Assembly: GCA_018224645.1 (NCBI GenBank)
Contig: JAGTVG010000095.1
Coordinates: 1 to 37,756 of the forward strand
Origin: Cyclobacteriaceae bacterium
Lineage (GTDB): Bacteria; Bacteroidota; Bacteroidia; Cytophagales; Cyclobacteriaceae
Direction: 5' to 3'
DNA: 37,756 nucleotides
The notes under the pieces were generated by a model. The model was not told where the DNA came from. It worked only from the letters and a program-made list of their open reading frames with translations, and ran no database searches. Shown piece by piece: positions 8,845-17,689 of the stretch. A program made the translations under genes and the position numbers. How positions within the stretch are numbered: the stretch's first letter is position 1; the number at the start of each line of letters is the position of its first letter.

Positions 8845-9537
8845 TTAATCCCTCGAGCCTAAAAATATCATCAGATAATAAAGCAAGGAAACCAGGGCAC
8901 CGATCGCCGCTACCAGATAGGTCATCGCGGCCCATTTGAGTGCATCTTTTGCCATATCATATTCAGATGCATCAACGATATTTCTGTCTCTGACCCATGC
9001 CAGGGCGCGTGAACTTGCATTGAATTCCACAGGCAGTGTAATGAAAGTAAATGCCGTCAGGATGGCGTAACATCCGATGATGAGGAGTAAAACATAATCG
9101 ACAGGGAAACTTGCAAAAAGGAACGCGCCTCCGAAAATACTGGCAAAAACTACAATATTGAGAATCCTTCCGCTTACATTCTGTATAGGGACCAGGGCAC
9201 TCCTCAATTGAAGGGCTGCATAACCCGTTGCATGCTGAACTGCATGGCCGCATTCATGTGCAGCCACAGCTGCAGCAGCTGCGGATCTTCCGTAAAATAC
9301 TTCTTCACTCAGGTTAACTGTTTTATTCGATGGATTATAATGATCCGTCAGTGAACCCTGTACGCTCATTACCTTGACATCATGAATGCCATTGTCCCGC
9401 AGCATAAGTTCTGCTATTTCACCACCACTCAGCCCGCTTTTCAGGCCGATCTTTGAATATTTTTTAAACCTGTTTCTCAGCCGTGCACTCACCGCAAAAC
9501 TTACGATCATTAAAATGATGACAATTAAAATAAACAT
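8845..9537 (-). CDS. Membrane zinc metallopeptidase (Zn_peptidase_2 / YugP-like)
   Basis: 230 aa with an N-terminal TM, an HECGHAVQH zinc motif and two or three C-terminal TM helices, which is the typical layout of this family. Confidence 0.8.
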   Translation of the reverse strand: MFILIVIILMIVSFAVSARLRNRFKKYSKIGLKSGLSGGEIAELMLRDNGIHDVKVMSVQGSLTDHYNPSNKTVNLSEEVFYGRSAAAAAVAAHECGHAVQHATGYAALQLRSALVPIQNVSGRILNIVVFASIFGGAFLFASFPVDYVLLLIIGCYAILTAFTFITLPVEFNASSRALAWVRDRNIVDASEYDMAKDALKWAAMTYLVAAIGALVSLLYYLMIFLGSRD

Positions 9538-9541
9538 ATAT

Positions 9542-10021
9542 TTATGCGTTTTTTATTTTATTAATGATACTGGTGGTGGAAACCCCCACAATCAGGTCCA
9601 AAGTTATTACTTTTCCACCATTCTCCATAACGAAATTTGCTCCGACAATGTTCTTTATTTCATAATCATTTCCTTTAACCAGAATATCTGGTTTAACGGC
9701 ACTGATGAGCTCCAGCGGGGTATCTTCATTGAAAAGAATAACCATATCGACAAATGAAAGCGCGGCCAGCAGTCTGCCCCGGGAAATTTCGTCATTTACA
9801 GGTCGTCCTGCTCCCTTGAGTATCCGGACACTCAGGTCGGTATTCAGCCCGATGATCAGTTTATCCCCTGTATTCCTGGCTTTCTCCAGGTAATCGACGT
9901 GTCCGATATGCAGGATGTCAAAACACCCATTGGTAAAAACCACCTTCGATCCCTGTTCTTTCCAGGAATCAATTACCGGGAGTGCTTCCTCCAGGGGTAA
10001 TATTTTGTTTTTCGTTTCCAT
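9542..10021 (-). CDS. Stand-alone cytidylyltransferase-fold protein, RfaE domain II-like (D-glycero-beta-D-manno-heptose-1-phosphate adenylyltransferase family)
   Basis: 159 aa with VVFTNGCFDILHIGHVDYLEKAR (HxGH nucleotidyltransferase motif) and a length typical of rfaE2-type proteins. Confidence 0.8.
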   Translation of the reverse strand: METKNKILPLEEALPVIDSWKEQGSKVVFTNGCFDILHIGHVDYLEKARNTGDKLIIGLNTDLSVRILKGAGRPVNDEISRGRLLAALSFVDMVILFNEDTPLELISAVKPDILVKGNDYEIKNIVGANFVMENGGKVITLDLIVGVSTTSIINKIKNA

Positions 10022-11036
10022 AGGGATCTTTTTTCAGAAAAAAACTGATCAGAAAGCTGAGTCCGCCAAAAAACATTAATGAGATAAACTGGGATGTATG
10101 AACAAGTGTTGCAAACAGCAATCCGTCTTCCTTACCGATCCCGTAGAGAATAAGTACACCGCTTACGAAGGCATGGTAAGTGCCGATTCCGCTCTGCACC
10201 GGCGCCGTCATGCCCAGTCCTCCAGCCATCAGGATAGAAAGCCCGGCGGCAAGACCAAGATTGGAGGTAGCCGGAAATGAAAATACTATGATGTACGACA
10301 TGGTGTAATATAGCCCCCAGATGATCAGGGTAGATATAAAAAAAGCTGATTTGTTTTCTAATTTCCGGATGCTGTTCAGGCCATTGATCAGTTCATAGGC
10401 AAAAGGTCTCAGTTTTTTATAAAATCCCAGCGTCCGGATAAAAGCCTTGTTCCTGCTGATCAGGTAAATCCCCGTGACAAAGATCAGTGCGACCAATCCC
10501 GCGCCGATCAGGAAATTGCCAAGGTCAAAACTTTTATAGGCTGAATGAAGCTGTTCGTATAAAAAATCCTTCAGGGTGGAAAATTCAATTATAAATGTTG
10601 CCACAATAATGAATAATAAAAGGATCAGATCCAGGAGCCTTTCTGAGATCACACTACCCAATGAGGCAGGCATGGGGATATTGTCCGTTTTTTTTAATAT
10701 CGCACAGCGGGTCACTTCCCCCATCCTGGGCACAAGCAGGTTGGCAAAATACCCGACCATGACGGCGATAAATGCCCGGAAAGAATTCAACCTATATCCC
10801 AGGGGCTTCAGCAGGAGAGTCCAGCGGTAGCCCCGGAAATAATGGCTCACGAGGGACATGGCGATGGATATGTATACATAGGCAAAATTTGCAGCCTTGA
10901 GTTTTGCCCACAGAACCTTCAGGTCGATATCCCTGAAAACATATAACAGCAGGGCAATGGCAAGGATCAGGGTTACAAAGTACCAGAGGATGGATTTAAG
11001 CTTCATGTATGGTTTAATCGATCCTGTTCCTGTCAT
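9969..11036 (-). CDS. UPF0104 / LPG-synthase-TM ('flippase-like') family integral membrane protein
   Basis: 355-aa polytopic ORF (about 8 TM) resembling the UPF0104 family. An alternative ATG at 11006 (MKLKSILWY..) would remove the 23-nt overlap with panD. The 3' end overlaps the rfaE2-like gene by 53 nt. Confidence 0.65.
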   Translation of the reverse strand: MTGTGSIKPYMKLKSILWYFVTLILAIALLLYVFRDIDLKVLWAKLKAANFAYVYISIAMSLVSHYFRGYRWTLLLKPLGYRLNSFRAFIAVMVGYFANLLVPRMGEVTRCAILKKTDNIPMPASLGSVISERLLDLILLLFIIVATFIIEFSTLKDFLYEQLHSAYKSFDLGNFLIGAGLVALIFVTGIYLISRNKAFIRTLGFYKKLRPFAYELINGLNSIRKLENKSAFFISTLIIWGLYYTMSYIIVFSFPATSNLGLAAGLSILMAGGLGMTAPVQSGIGTYHAFVSGVLILYGIGKEDGLLFATLVHTSQFISLMFFGGLSFLISFFLKKDPYGNEKQNITPGGSTPGN

Positions 11037-11361
11037 TCGGAAAGATGATGGTGGGCTTATGAATACCAGCTTCTTCCGGCGTCATTGCGGCATAGGAAAT
11101 GATAATGATGATATCCCCAACCTGGGCTCTCCGGGCAGCCGGGCCATTCAGACAAACCTGACCACTGCCTCTTTCGCCTTTAATCACATACGTTTCAAGA
11201 CGTTCACCATTATTGATATTTACGATTTGAACCTTTTCATTTTCAAAAATAAAAGCAGCATCCATCAGGTCTTCATCTATGGTTATGCTTCCCACATAAT
11301 GAAGTTCAGCATGGGTTATTTTCACCCGGTGGATCTTGGATTTTAATACTTCTATTGTCAT
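11014..11361 (-). CDS. panD: Aspartate 1-decarboxylase
   Basis: 115 aa beginning [24 protein letters not shown]|SITID, with the Gly24-Ser25 self-processing site. Adjacent to panC. Confidence 0.95.
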   Translation of the reverse strand: MTIEVLKSKIHRVKITHAELHYVGSITIDEDLMDAAFIFENEKVQIVNINNGERLETYVIKGERGSGQVCLNGPAARRAQVGDIIIIISYAAMTPEEAGIHKPTIIFPNDRNRID

Positions 11362-11379
11362 ACGATGACCGCAAAGATA

Positions 11380-12231
11380 CTAATTTAACAATACGTTATC
11401 TATTATCCTTATGTTGTCAATGTAACCGGCAATGCACAGGGCCTGCTGCCCGGAATCCATTTTCCGGTTCAGCAAACTGAAGTCTTCAGTTCCCACCAGG
11501 GCTATGTATTCCAGCCGCAGGGGAAAAAAACCGGATAAATAATCATTGGCGAAGGATATGATACCTTCCACATCCTGGCCATCTTTCAGAAGCTGTTTAC
11601 ATTCCAGCAGGCATTCGTAAAATTTACTGGCTACAGGCCGGTATTCCGGTGGAATCCGCCTGTTGCGGGATGACATGGCCAGACCATCTTCTTCACGTTG
11701 TGTGGGAATGCAGTGCAGGCGTATGTCGTAAGACAGATCATGGATGAGCTGCCGGATCAGATAAAACTGCTGAATGTCCTTCTGGCCGAAATAAGCATTG
11801 TGTGGTTTGACGATATTGAATAATTTGGCGACGATCAGGCCAACGCCTTTGAGATGTCCCGGCCTGTACCGGCCCTCAAGGATATTTTCAATTCCGCCGA
11901 AATTGATGGTGGTTCTGAGCATGGATGGGTCATCATACAATTCATGGTCTTCAGGCAGGTAAACCACCTGACAACCCTCGTGTTCAAGTTTGCCGAGATC
12001 CTCTTCCACTTTCCTCGGATATTTTTTAAGATCTTCCTCATTATTGAACTGGGTGGGGTTAACGAATATGCTGCAGACAGAGATATCATTATCTTTCAGG
12101 GCATTCCTGATCAACGCCATATGCCCTGGATGGAGTGCTCCCATGGTGGGTACAAATCCTATTTTATTTCCTTTAATTCGCTCGTTTTCAAGGAAATAAA
12201 TAAGATCCTTATTCGTTTTAAAAACATGCAT
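11380..12231 (-). CDS. panC: Pantoate--beta-alanine ligase
   Basis: 283 aa with FVPTMGALHPGHMALI (HIGH-type motif), FGQKDIQQ and MSSRN motifs. Confidence 0.95.
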   Translation of the reverse strand: MHVFKTNKDLIYFLENERIKGNKIGFVPTMGALHPGHMALIRNALKDNDISVCSIFVNPTQFNNEEDLKKYPRKVEEDLGKLEHEGCQVVYLPEDHELYDDPSMLRTTINFGGIENILEGRYRPGHLKGVGLIVAKLFNIVKPHNAYFGQKDIQQFYLIRQLIHDLSYDIRLHCIPTQREEDGLAMSSRNRRIPPEYRPVASKFYECLLECKQLLKDGQDVEGIISFANDYLSGFFPLRLEYIALVGTEDFSLLNRKMDSGQQALCIAGYIDNIRIIDNVLLN

Positions 12232-12313
12232 GTCAACAGTAACGAAGGGATGAATCGGGTCATAAAACTACCTTTTTAATCTTTAATAAGTTCCAAAATA
12301 GAGTATTTTTTAG

Positions 12314-12321
12314 TACCTTTG
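12314..12321 (+). promoter_or_regulatory. Candidate Bacteroidota -7 promoter box (TACCTTTG) for the glgA-like gene
   Basis: Exact TAnnTTTG match 42 nt upstream of the ATG at 12363, in the 131-bp divergent spacer between panC and the glgA-like gene. Confidence 0.4.
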
Positions 12322-12362
12322 TGAATCTTTTCAAAGACATTAACTAAATTGAACGATAGATT

Positions 12363-13175
12363 ATGTCAAAACTTCGAATTCTCTACGTTGCAAGTGAGAT
12401 TAATCCTTTCCTTCAGACTTCAGAAGTAGCCGATCTGGTTAGAAAACTTCCGCAGGCAATGCAGGAAAGGGGAATGGAAATACGAATTTTAGTACCCAGA
12501 TTCGGATTGATCAATGAGCGGAAAAACAGATTGCATGAAGTGGTCAGGTTGTCCGGAATCAACATTGCGGTTGGCGAGGAGGAAAAACCTCTTGTCATTA
12601 AGGTTGCTTCAATTCCTAATGCCAAACTGCAGGTTTACTTCATAGACAATGAAGACTATTTCCATAGAAAATCTGTCTTTTATGATAAACAGAATAATTT
12701 CTATGAGGATAATGATGAAAGGGCGATCTTCTTTTGCAAAGGGGTGATTGAAACAGTGAAAAAACTTGGATGGGCACCCGACATTGTTCATTGCAATGAT
12801 TGGATGACAAGTTTAATCCCCATGTATATCAAAACGACATACAAAAATGATCCGATCTTTCAAAATACGAAAACCGTATTTACCGTTTACAATAATTCCT
12901 TCGAACATAAGTTTAACGGTGACCTTATCAATAAGGTAAAAATGCTGGACATCGACGACAGTATGCTTTCCAATTTGGAATCAGGTGATTTTGAAGGCTT
13001 CATTAAAATCGGGATAGAATACTCCGATGCTGTGATACAGACGGGCGAGGGGCTTGACAAGGGTGTTGCGAAATTATTCAAAACAATTCCGAATAATAAA
13101 AAAATTGATATAACCGATAAAACAGACGGTTATCTGGAAACATACTATAACCTTTATAATGAACTTGTTGGGTAG
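12363..13175 (+). CDS. Short glycogen/starch-synthase-like protein (GT5 N-terminal domain only)
   Basis: 270 aa. MSKLRILYVASEINPF.. aligns with the N-terminus of GlgA-type synthases, but the KTGGL motif reads QTSEV. The ORF ends after the first Rossmann-like half. Confidence 0.75.
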   Translation: MSKLRILYVASEINPFLQTSEVADLVRKLPQAMQERGMEIRILVPRFGLINERKNRLHEVVRLSGINIAVGEEEKPLVIKVASIPNAKLQVYFIDNEDYFHRKSVFYDKQNNFYEDNDERAIFFCKGVIETVKKLGWAPDIVHCNDWMTSLIPMYIKTTYKNDPIFQNTKTVFTVYNNSFEHKFNGDLINKVKMLDIDDSMLSNLESGDFEGFIKIGIEYSDAVIQTGEGLDKGVAKLFKTIPNNKKIDITDKTDGYLETYYNLYNELVG

Positions 13176-14451
13176 GAGAACTAAAACAGGGCTCATCTGG
13201 ATATGGACCCTGTTTTTATTTCAATGTGAGGATCCAAATGAAATTGGTCTAGATTTGCGCGCCGACTCTGATAAAGTTGGCGCTTTCTATACGGAGATAG
13301 ATATTCCCACCAGTGTCATCAGTGTGGATTCCATTTTAACCTCCTCGAGTGCCCGGTTGCTGGCCGGCCATTACACGGATCCGGATCTGGGAGAGATGAC
13401 TGCTTCCGGTTATACGAGATTCAGTTTTGGTGAATCCAGGTTGAATATCCCTGAAGAAGCAGTTTATGATTCAATATACCTTAATCTGAATGTCGACTAT
13501 ACCTATGGCCCAGGTGTTTCTGGAATACAGAATTTTTCTGTGCATGAACTTACTGAAGATATCATTGATACCCTGGCATACTTCAGGTACAATGAGATCG
13601 CCTATGATCCTGAGCCGGTCGGTACCGGAGCGTTCCTACTGCCTACCGACCAGGATACAACAATTTTTTATAAGTTAAATGATGATTTCGGGAATGCCCT
13701 GTTTGATTCGGCAAGGGATACACTGATCATCGATCCGGACGAGGAATCCACCCTGTATGATTTGTTCAAGGGTTTTGCATTCATTGCTGATCCCGCGAAT
13801 AATTCCCTGTTAAGGTATAACCAGGAATCCGGTGAATCCGATCTATCCCTGTATTATCATGAACCGGGTGATACAGTTGCCCAGTTCTATAAATTCAGGT
13901 TCTTTACCATTGCTAATTTCAACAGGATTGTTACCGACCGGACCGGAACACCCCTGGAGGGCATTGAAGAACAACCATTGACTGAATTTACTCCTTCTGA
14001 CAACAAAACCTATATCCAGTCCGGTGGAGGTCTGATCCCGAAACTGGATCTGACACCGATCCTTGACTATTTCGATACGATCTCCGATCTCGCATTCAAT
14101 AAAGTTGTCCTCGAGGTAAGGATCATCGACCCGGCATTCAATGAAAATCCGCCAAGCCAGCTGACTTTCTATTTCACCGATGAAAATAACCGGAGGATCA
14201 GGAGCGGAAGTGAATTTCTCGGGCTCAGGGTGGAAGGATCAAGCGATCTGGTAAGGCCCCCGTTTGTTGAAGATAATAATAATTACGAAGCACCTGCTAC
14301 GCTATATACAGGAGAGATCCTTCCCGGCATCAATCCGTATCACCAGTTACTCCTTTTTCCACCGGAATTCGGATTCACGCTGTCCATCAATCATTTCAAG
14401 GTGGATCCCGGAAATATCAGGGCGAAGATCTATTATACCCGATTAAAATAA
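13159..14451 (+). CDS. DUF4270-like lipoprotein (probably surface-exposed)
   Basis: 430 aa. A signal peptide ends in a Cys followed by acidic residues (LFLFQC|EDPNE), which is the Bacteroidota lipoprotein surface-export pattern. It overlaps the glgA-like gene by 17 nt. The DUF4270 family assignment is from memory of the conserved glgA-like/DUF4270 pairing. Confidence 0.65.
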   Translation: MNLLGRRTKTGLIWIWTLFLFQCEDPNEIGLDLRADSDKVGAFYTEIDIPTSVISVDSILTSSSARLLAGHYTDPDLGEMTASGYTRFSFGESRLNIPEEAVYDSIYLNLNVDYTYGPGVSGIQNFSVHELTEDIIDTLAYFRYNEIAYDPEPVGTGAFLLPTDQDTTIFYKLNDDFGNALFDSARDTLIIDPDEESTLYDLFKGFAFIADPANNSLLRYNQESGESDLSLYYHEPGDTVAQFYKFRFFTIANFNRIVTDRTGTPLEGIEEQPLTEFTPSDNKTYIQSGGGLIPKLDLTPILDYFDTISDLAFNKVVLEVRIIDPAFNENPPSQLTFYFTDENNRRIRSGSEFLGLRVEGSSDLVRPPFVEDNNNYEAPATLYTGEILPGINPYHQLLLFPPEFGFTLSINHFKVDPGNIRAKIYYTRLK

Positions 14452-14487
14452 TCCCTAAAATTATATTAATTTAATTTAAAATTGTAT

Positions 14488-14495
14488 TATATTTG
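14488..14495 (+). promoter_or_regulatory. Candidate Bacteroidota -7 promoter box (TATATTTG) for glmS
   Basis: Exact TAnnTTTG match 26 nt upstream of the glmS ATG at 14521, within a 69-bp AT-rich spacer. Confidence 0.4.
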
Positions 14496-14520
14496 GTTTT
14501 ACACCAAAATCAAATAGCTT

Positions 14521-16356
14521 ATGTGCGGTATAGTCGCTTACATCGGGCACCAGCAGGCGTATCCCATCATACTCAAGGGGCTGAAGCGTCTCGAATACAG
14601 GGGATATGACAGTGCCGGAATAGCCTTATTGAACGGAGTTGTCAATCTGTACAAGAAAAAAGGGAAAGTAGCCGATCTGGAGGAATCCATATATGAACCT
14701 GTCCCCGGCAGTACGGTGGGCGTTGGTCATACCCGTTGGGCCACACATGGGGAGCCAAGTGACCGCAATGCCCATCCCCATACAACCTCCGACAATGAGC
14801 TTGTGATCGTACATAACGGGATCATTGAAAATTATGGGGCGATTAAGAAAGAATTGATCCGTACCGGGCATTCCTTTAGCAGTGATACCGATTCCGAGGT
14901 TCTGATCCATTTTATTCAGGAAATCCAGATCAATAACCGTTGTTCCCTTGAGGAGGCTGTCAGGATCGCCTTGTCCAAGGTGATTGGAGCTTACGCCATT
15001 GTGATCCTGTCAAAAAATGACCCGGACATTCTTATCGCTGCCCGGAAAAGCAGTCCCCTGGTGATTGGTGTTGGGAATGGAGAATATTTTCTTGCCTCCG
15101 ACGCCTCACCGATCATAGAATATACAAATGAGGTAGTTTATCTGAATGACAATGAACTGGCAATCCTCAGGCGCGATAAACTGGTCGTCAAGGATATTAA
15201 CAATATAACCACAACTCCTTATATCCATACCCTTGAAATGGATCTTGAATCCATTGAAAAAGGAGGGTTTGACCATTACATGATGAAGGAGATCTTTGAA
15301 CAGCCCCGGTCAATCAGGGATTGTATGCGGGGCCGGCTGAATGCATCCAGGGGATACCTCATGCTTGGAGGGATCAGGGAATATGCCAATAAGCTCAAGG
15401 AAGCCAGAAGGATCGTTATGATCGCCTGCGGGACTTCCTGGCATTCCTGCCTGGTTGCCGAGTATTTTTTCGAAGAATTCTGCCGGATACCGGTCGAGGT
15501 TGAATATGCCTCTGAATTCCGTTACCGGAATCCGGTGATTCATGAGGGGGATGTGATTTTTGCCGTATCCCAGAGCGGTGAAACAGCCGACACTCTTGCC
15601 GCCATTGAAATGGCAAAGGAAAAAGGAGCCATTGTGTTCGGGGTGTGCAATGTGGTTGGCTCATCCATTGCCAGGGCTTCCCATGAAGGTGCATACACGC
15701 ATGCCGGACCAGAGATCGGTGTCGCCAGTACGAAAGCCTTTACCGCCCAACTGATCATTCTGAACATGATCGCCTTAAGGCTTGCCCATGAGCGTGGAAC
15801 AATCAGGGAGCAGGATTTCCGTACCCTGCTTGTTGAAATGGAAACCATACCGGATAAAGTTGAAAAAGTTTTAAAGAATAACGATAAGATCAGGGAACTT
15901 GCAGGTATTTATAAAAATGTATCCAATTTCCTTTACCTTGGCAGGGGGTATAATTTCCCGGTTGCCCTTGAAGGAGCTTTAAAATTAAAGGAAATTTCCT
16001 ATATCCATGCAGAAGGATATCCGGCGGCAGAAATGAAACACGGACCCATTGCCCTGATCGACGATGATATGCCGGTCGTATTTATTGCTACGCAGGACAG
16101 CACCTATGATAAGGTGGTGTCAAATATCCAGGAAGTCAGGGCACGCAAAGGAAAGGTAATAGCTGTGGTTACCGAAGGAGACGTGATCATCCGCGAAATG
16201 GCAGATCACGTGATTGAGATCCCTGCCGTGAACGAAGCCCTCACGCCCCTGGTTGCCGTTATTCCTCTGCAACTATTGGCTTATCATATTGCCGTCATGC
16301 GCGGATGCGATGTGGACCAGCCCAGGAACCTTGCCAAGTCGGTAACGGTGGAATGA
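14521..16356 (+). CDS. glmS: Glutamine--fructose-6-phosphate aminotransferase (isomerizing)
   Basis: 611 aa with the MCGIVAYIG N-terminal nucleophile Cys, two SIS domains and the C-terminal ..NLAKSVTVE. Confidence 0.97.
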   Translation: MCGIVAYIGHQQAYPIILKGLKRLEYRGYDSAGIALLNGVVNLYKKKGKVADLEESIYEPVPGSTVGVGHTRWATHGEPSDRNAHPHTTSDNELVIVHNGIIENYGAIKKELIRTGHSFSSDTDSEVLIHFIQEIQINNRCSLEEAVRIALSKVIGAYAIVILSKNDPDILIAARKSSPLVIGVGNGEYFLASDASPIIEYTNEVVYLNDNELAILRRDKLVVKDINNITTTPYIHTLEMDLESIEKGGFDHYMMKEIFEQPRSIRDCMRGRLNASRGYLMLGGIREYANKLKEARRIVMIACGTSWHSCLVAEYFFEEFCRIPVEVEYASEFRYRNPVIHEGDVIFAVSQSGETADTLAAIEMAKEKGAIVFGVCNVVGSSIARASHEGAYTHAGPEIGVASTKAFTAQLIILNMIALRLAHERGTIREQDFRTLLVEMETIPDKVEKVLKNNDKIRELAGIYKNVSNFLYLGRGYNFPVALEGALKLKEISYIHAEGYPAAEMKHGPIALIDDDMPVVFIATQDSTYDKVVSNIQEVRARKGKVIAVVTEGDVIIREMADHVIEIPAVNEALTPLVAVIPLQLLAYHIAVMRGCDVDQPRNLAKSVTVE

Positions 16357-16363
16357 CCATATC

Positions 16364-16939
16364 CTACTCCATTGTATTGATTTCCCAGAAAATGATCGAA
16401 TATACGCCATACCTGAGAAATCGAAAGAGTGCATAAAGTGCATATTTTTTGAAGGGATAACTCACCGAACCCATCAGCATGCTGATGGCCGAATATGGCA
16501 GGGGTGTCAGGGAAGCTACGATGATCAGAAAAAATCCGTATTTGTTGAGGTATTTCTGATATTTCAATAAATAACGTCGTTTGATCCACCGGTATATGAT
16601 CGTTTGATTCAGTTTCACCCCTATCCAGAATCCAAGGATCCCCGCTGCATATGAAATCAGTGCAAGCAGGAATATATAATAGACGTACTGCACGACATCT
16701 CCGGAACGGGTTGACCAGATAAAAAAAACCTCCGGTGGAATGATCCCGAATACGATCTCCGAAACTGTATAGATCAGGAAAACAATGAGTGTATTTTCAT
16801 AAACCGGTTTAAGCCAGGACAAATAATCTACGGAAACATACCGTTTGAAAAGTATGAAGACCGTAATAAAAACGATAAGAAAAGCGATTCCACGTATAAA
16901 ATTTTTCAGGAAAAATCTCCCTCGGCTATCGTCTGACAT
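16364..16939 (-). CDS. YqaA/DedA-superfamily (VTT-domain) membrane protein
   Basis: 191 aa with ~5 TM. Contains the motifs GIIPPEVFFIW and ASLTPLPYSAISMLMG, reminiscent of YqaA-type proteins. It is convergent with glmS with only a 7-nt gap. Confidence 0.5.
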   Translation of the reverse strand: MSDDSRGRFFLKNFIRGIAFLIVFITVFILFKRYVSVDYLSWLKPVYENTLIVFLIYTVSEIVFGIIPPEVFFIWSTRSGDVVQYVYYIFLLALISYAAGILGFWIGVKLNQTIIYRWIKRRYLLKYQKYLNKYGFFLIIVASLTPLPYSAISMLMGSVSYPFKKYALYALFRFLRYGVYSIIFWEINTME

Positions 16940-17095
16940 TTCTGGTGGCGTGATTGTGCAAATAATTAAACAAAAATGTAAAGAAAGAATTTTAATTATT
17001 AACTATCCCAAATAAAATTGTTTTAGTTATTTTGAATCGATGCCTTATCTATCGTTTATTTGAGGCCGAATTCATTTTTGTTAATTATTTTTCTG

Positions 17096-17629
17096 ATGCG
17101 TAACATTTCCATTGAAGAAATTAAAAAATCGATCCGGGATGTACCTGATTTCCCTAAAAAAGGGATCCTTTTTAAAGATCTGACAACTGCATTCAAGGAT
17201 CCGGATATATTAGGAAAAATTACCGATGAACTGGTTTCCCGATACGAAGATGCCGGGATCACGAAGGTTGTCGGCATCGAGGCGAGGGGATTTATTCTTG
17301 GTAGCATCCTTGCATCACGGTTAGGTGCGGGATTTGTTCCCATCAGGAAGCCCGGGAAATTGCCTTCCCAGACCTATTCCGTGTCTTACGAACTGGAATA
17401 CGGTATCGATTCGATCGAGATCCACAGGGATGCCATTAAACCCTCGGATATTGTTTTATTGCATGATGATCTGCTGGCTACGGGCGGAACATCGGCGGCG
17501 GCGGTAGGGCTTCTGAAGCAGTTCCAGGTCAAAAAAATTTATCTCAGTTATATTGTTGAATTATCGTTCCTGATGGGCCGGGATAAAATCGATCCCGATA
17601 TAGATATTTTTACGCTGATAAAATATTGA
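17096..17629 (+). CDS. apt: Adenine phosphoribosyltransferase
   Basis: PDFPKKGILFKD and the PRPP-binding VLLHDDLLATGGT motifs. The track ORF starts at a TTG (17060), but the ATG at 17096 (MRNISIEEIKK..) gives the canonical ~177-aa length. Confidence 0.92.
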   Translation: MRNISIEEIKKSIRDVPDFPKKGILFKDLTTAFKDPDILGKITDELVSRYEDAGITKVVGIEARGFILGSILASRLGAGFVPIRKPGKLPSQTYSVSYELEYGIDSIEIHRDAIKPSDIVLLHDDLLATGGTSAAAVGLLKQFQVKKIYLSYIVELSFLMGRDKIDPDIDIFTLIKY

Positions 17630-17640
17630 TCTTCTTCCCA

Positions 17641-17687
17641 CCTTCAAACTCATGGCATCAGTCGGAGTGATGCCATGAGTTTGAGGG
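17641..17687. terminator. Strong hairpin between convergent apt and metF (probable bidirectional terminator)
   Basis: A perfect 17-bp stem (17644-17660 TCAAACTCATGGCATCA pairs with 17668-17684 TGATGCCATGAGTTTGA) with a 7-nt loop. It is extendable by a G-U plus 2 G-C pairs. No clear U-tract on either strand. Confidence 0.6.
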
Positions 17688-17689
17688 GC

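Noticed and set aside
17060-17095. N-terminal extensions in the ORF track: apt from 17060, yggS from 31833, the NUDIX gene from 35018, and the DUF1599 gene to 28065.
   Set aside because: Reading the DNA shows these track starts are TTG codons, or in the NUDIX case an upstream ATG, that extend into neighbouring genes or add non-conserved hydrophobic or odd sequence. Internal starts (ATG, or TTG for the DUF1599 gene) give canonical family lengths.
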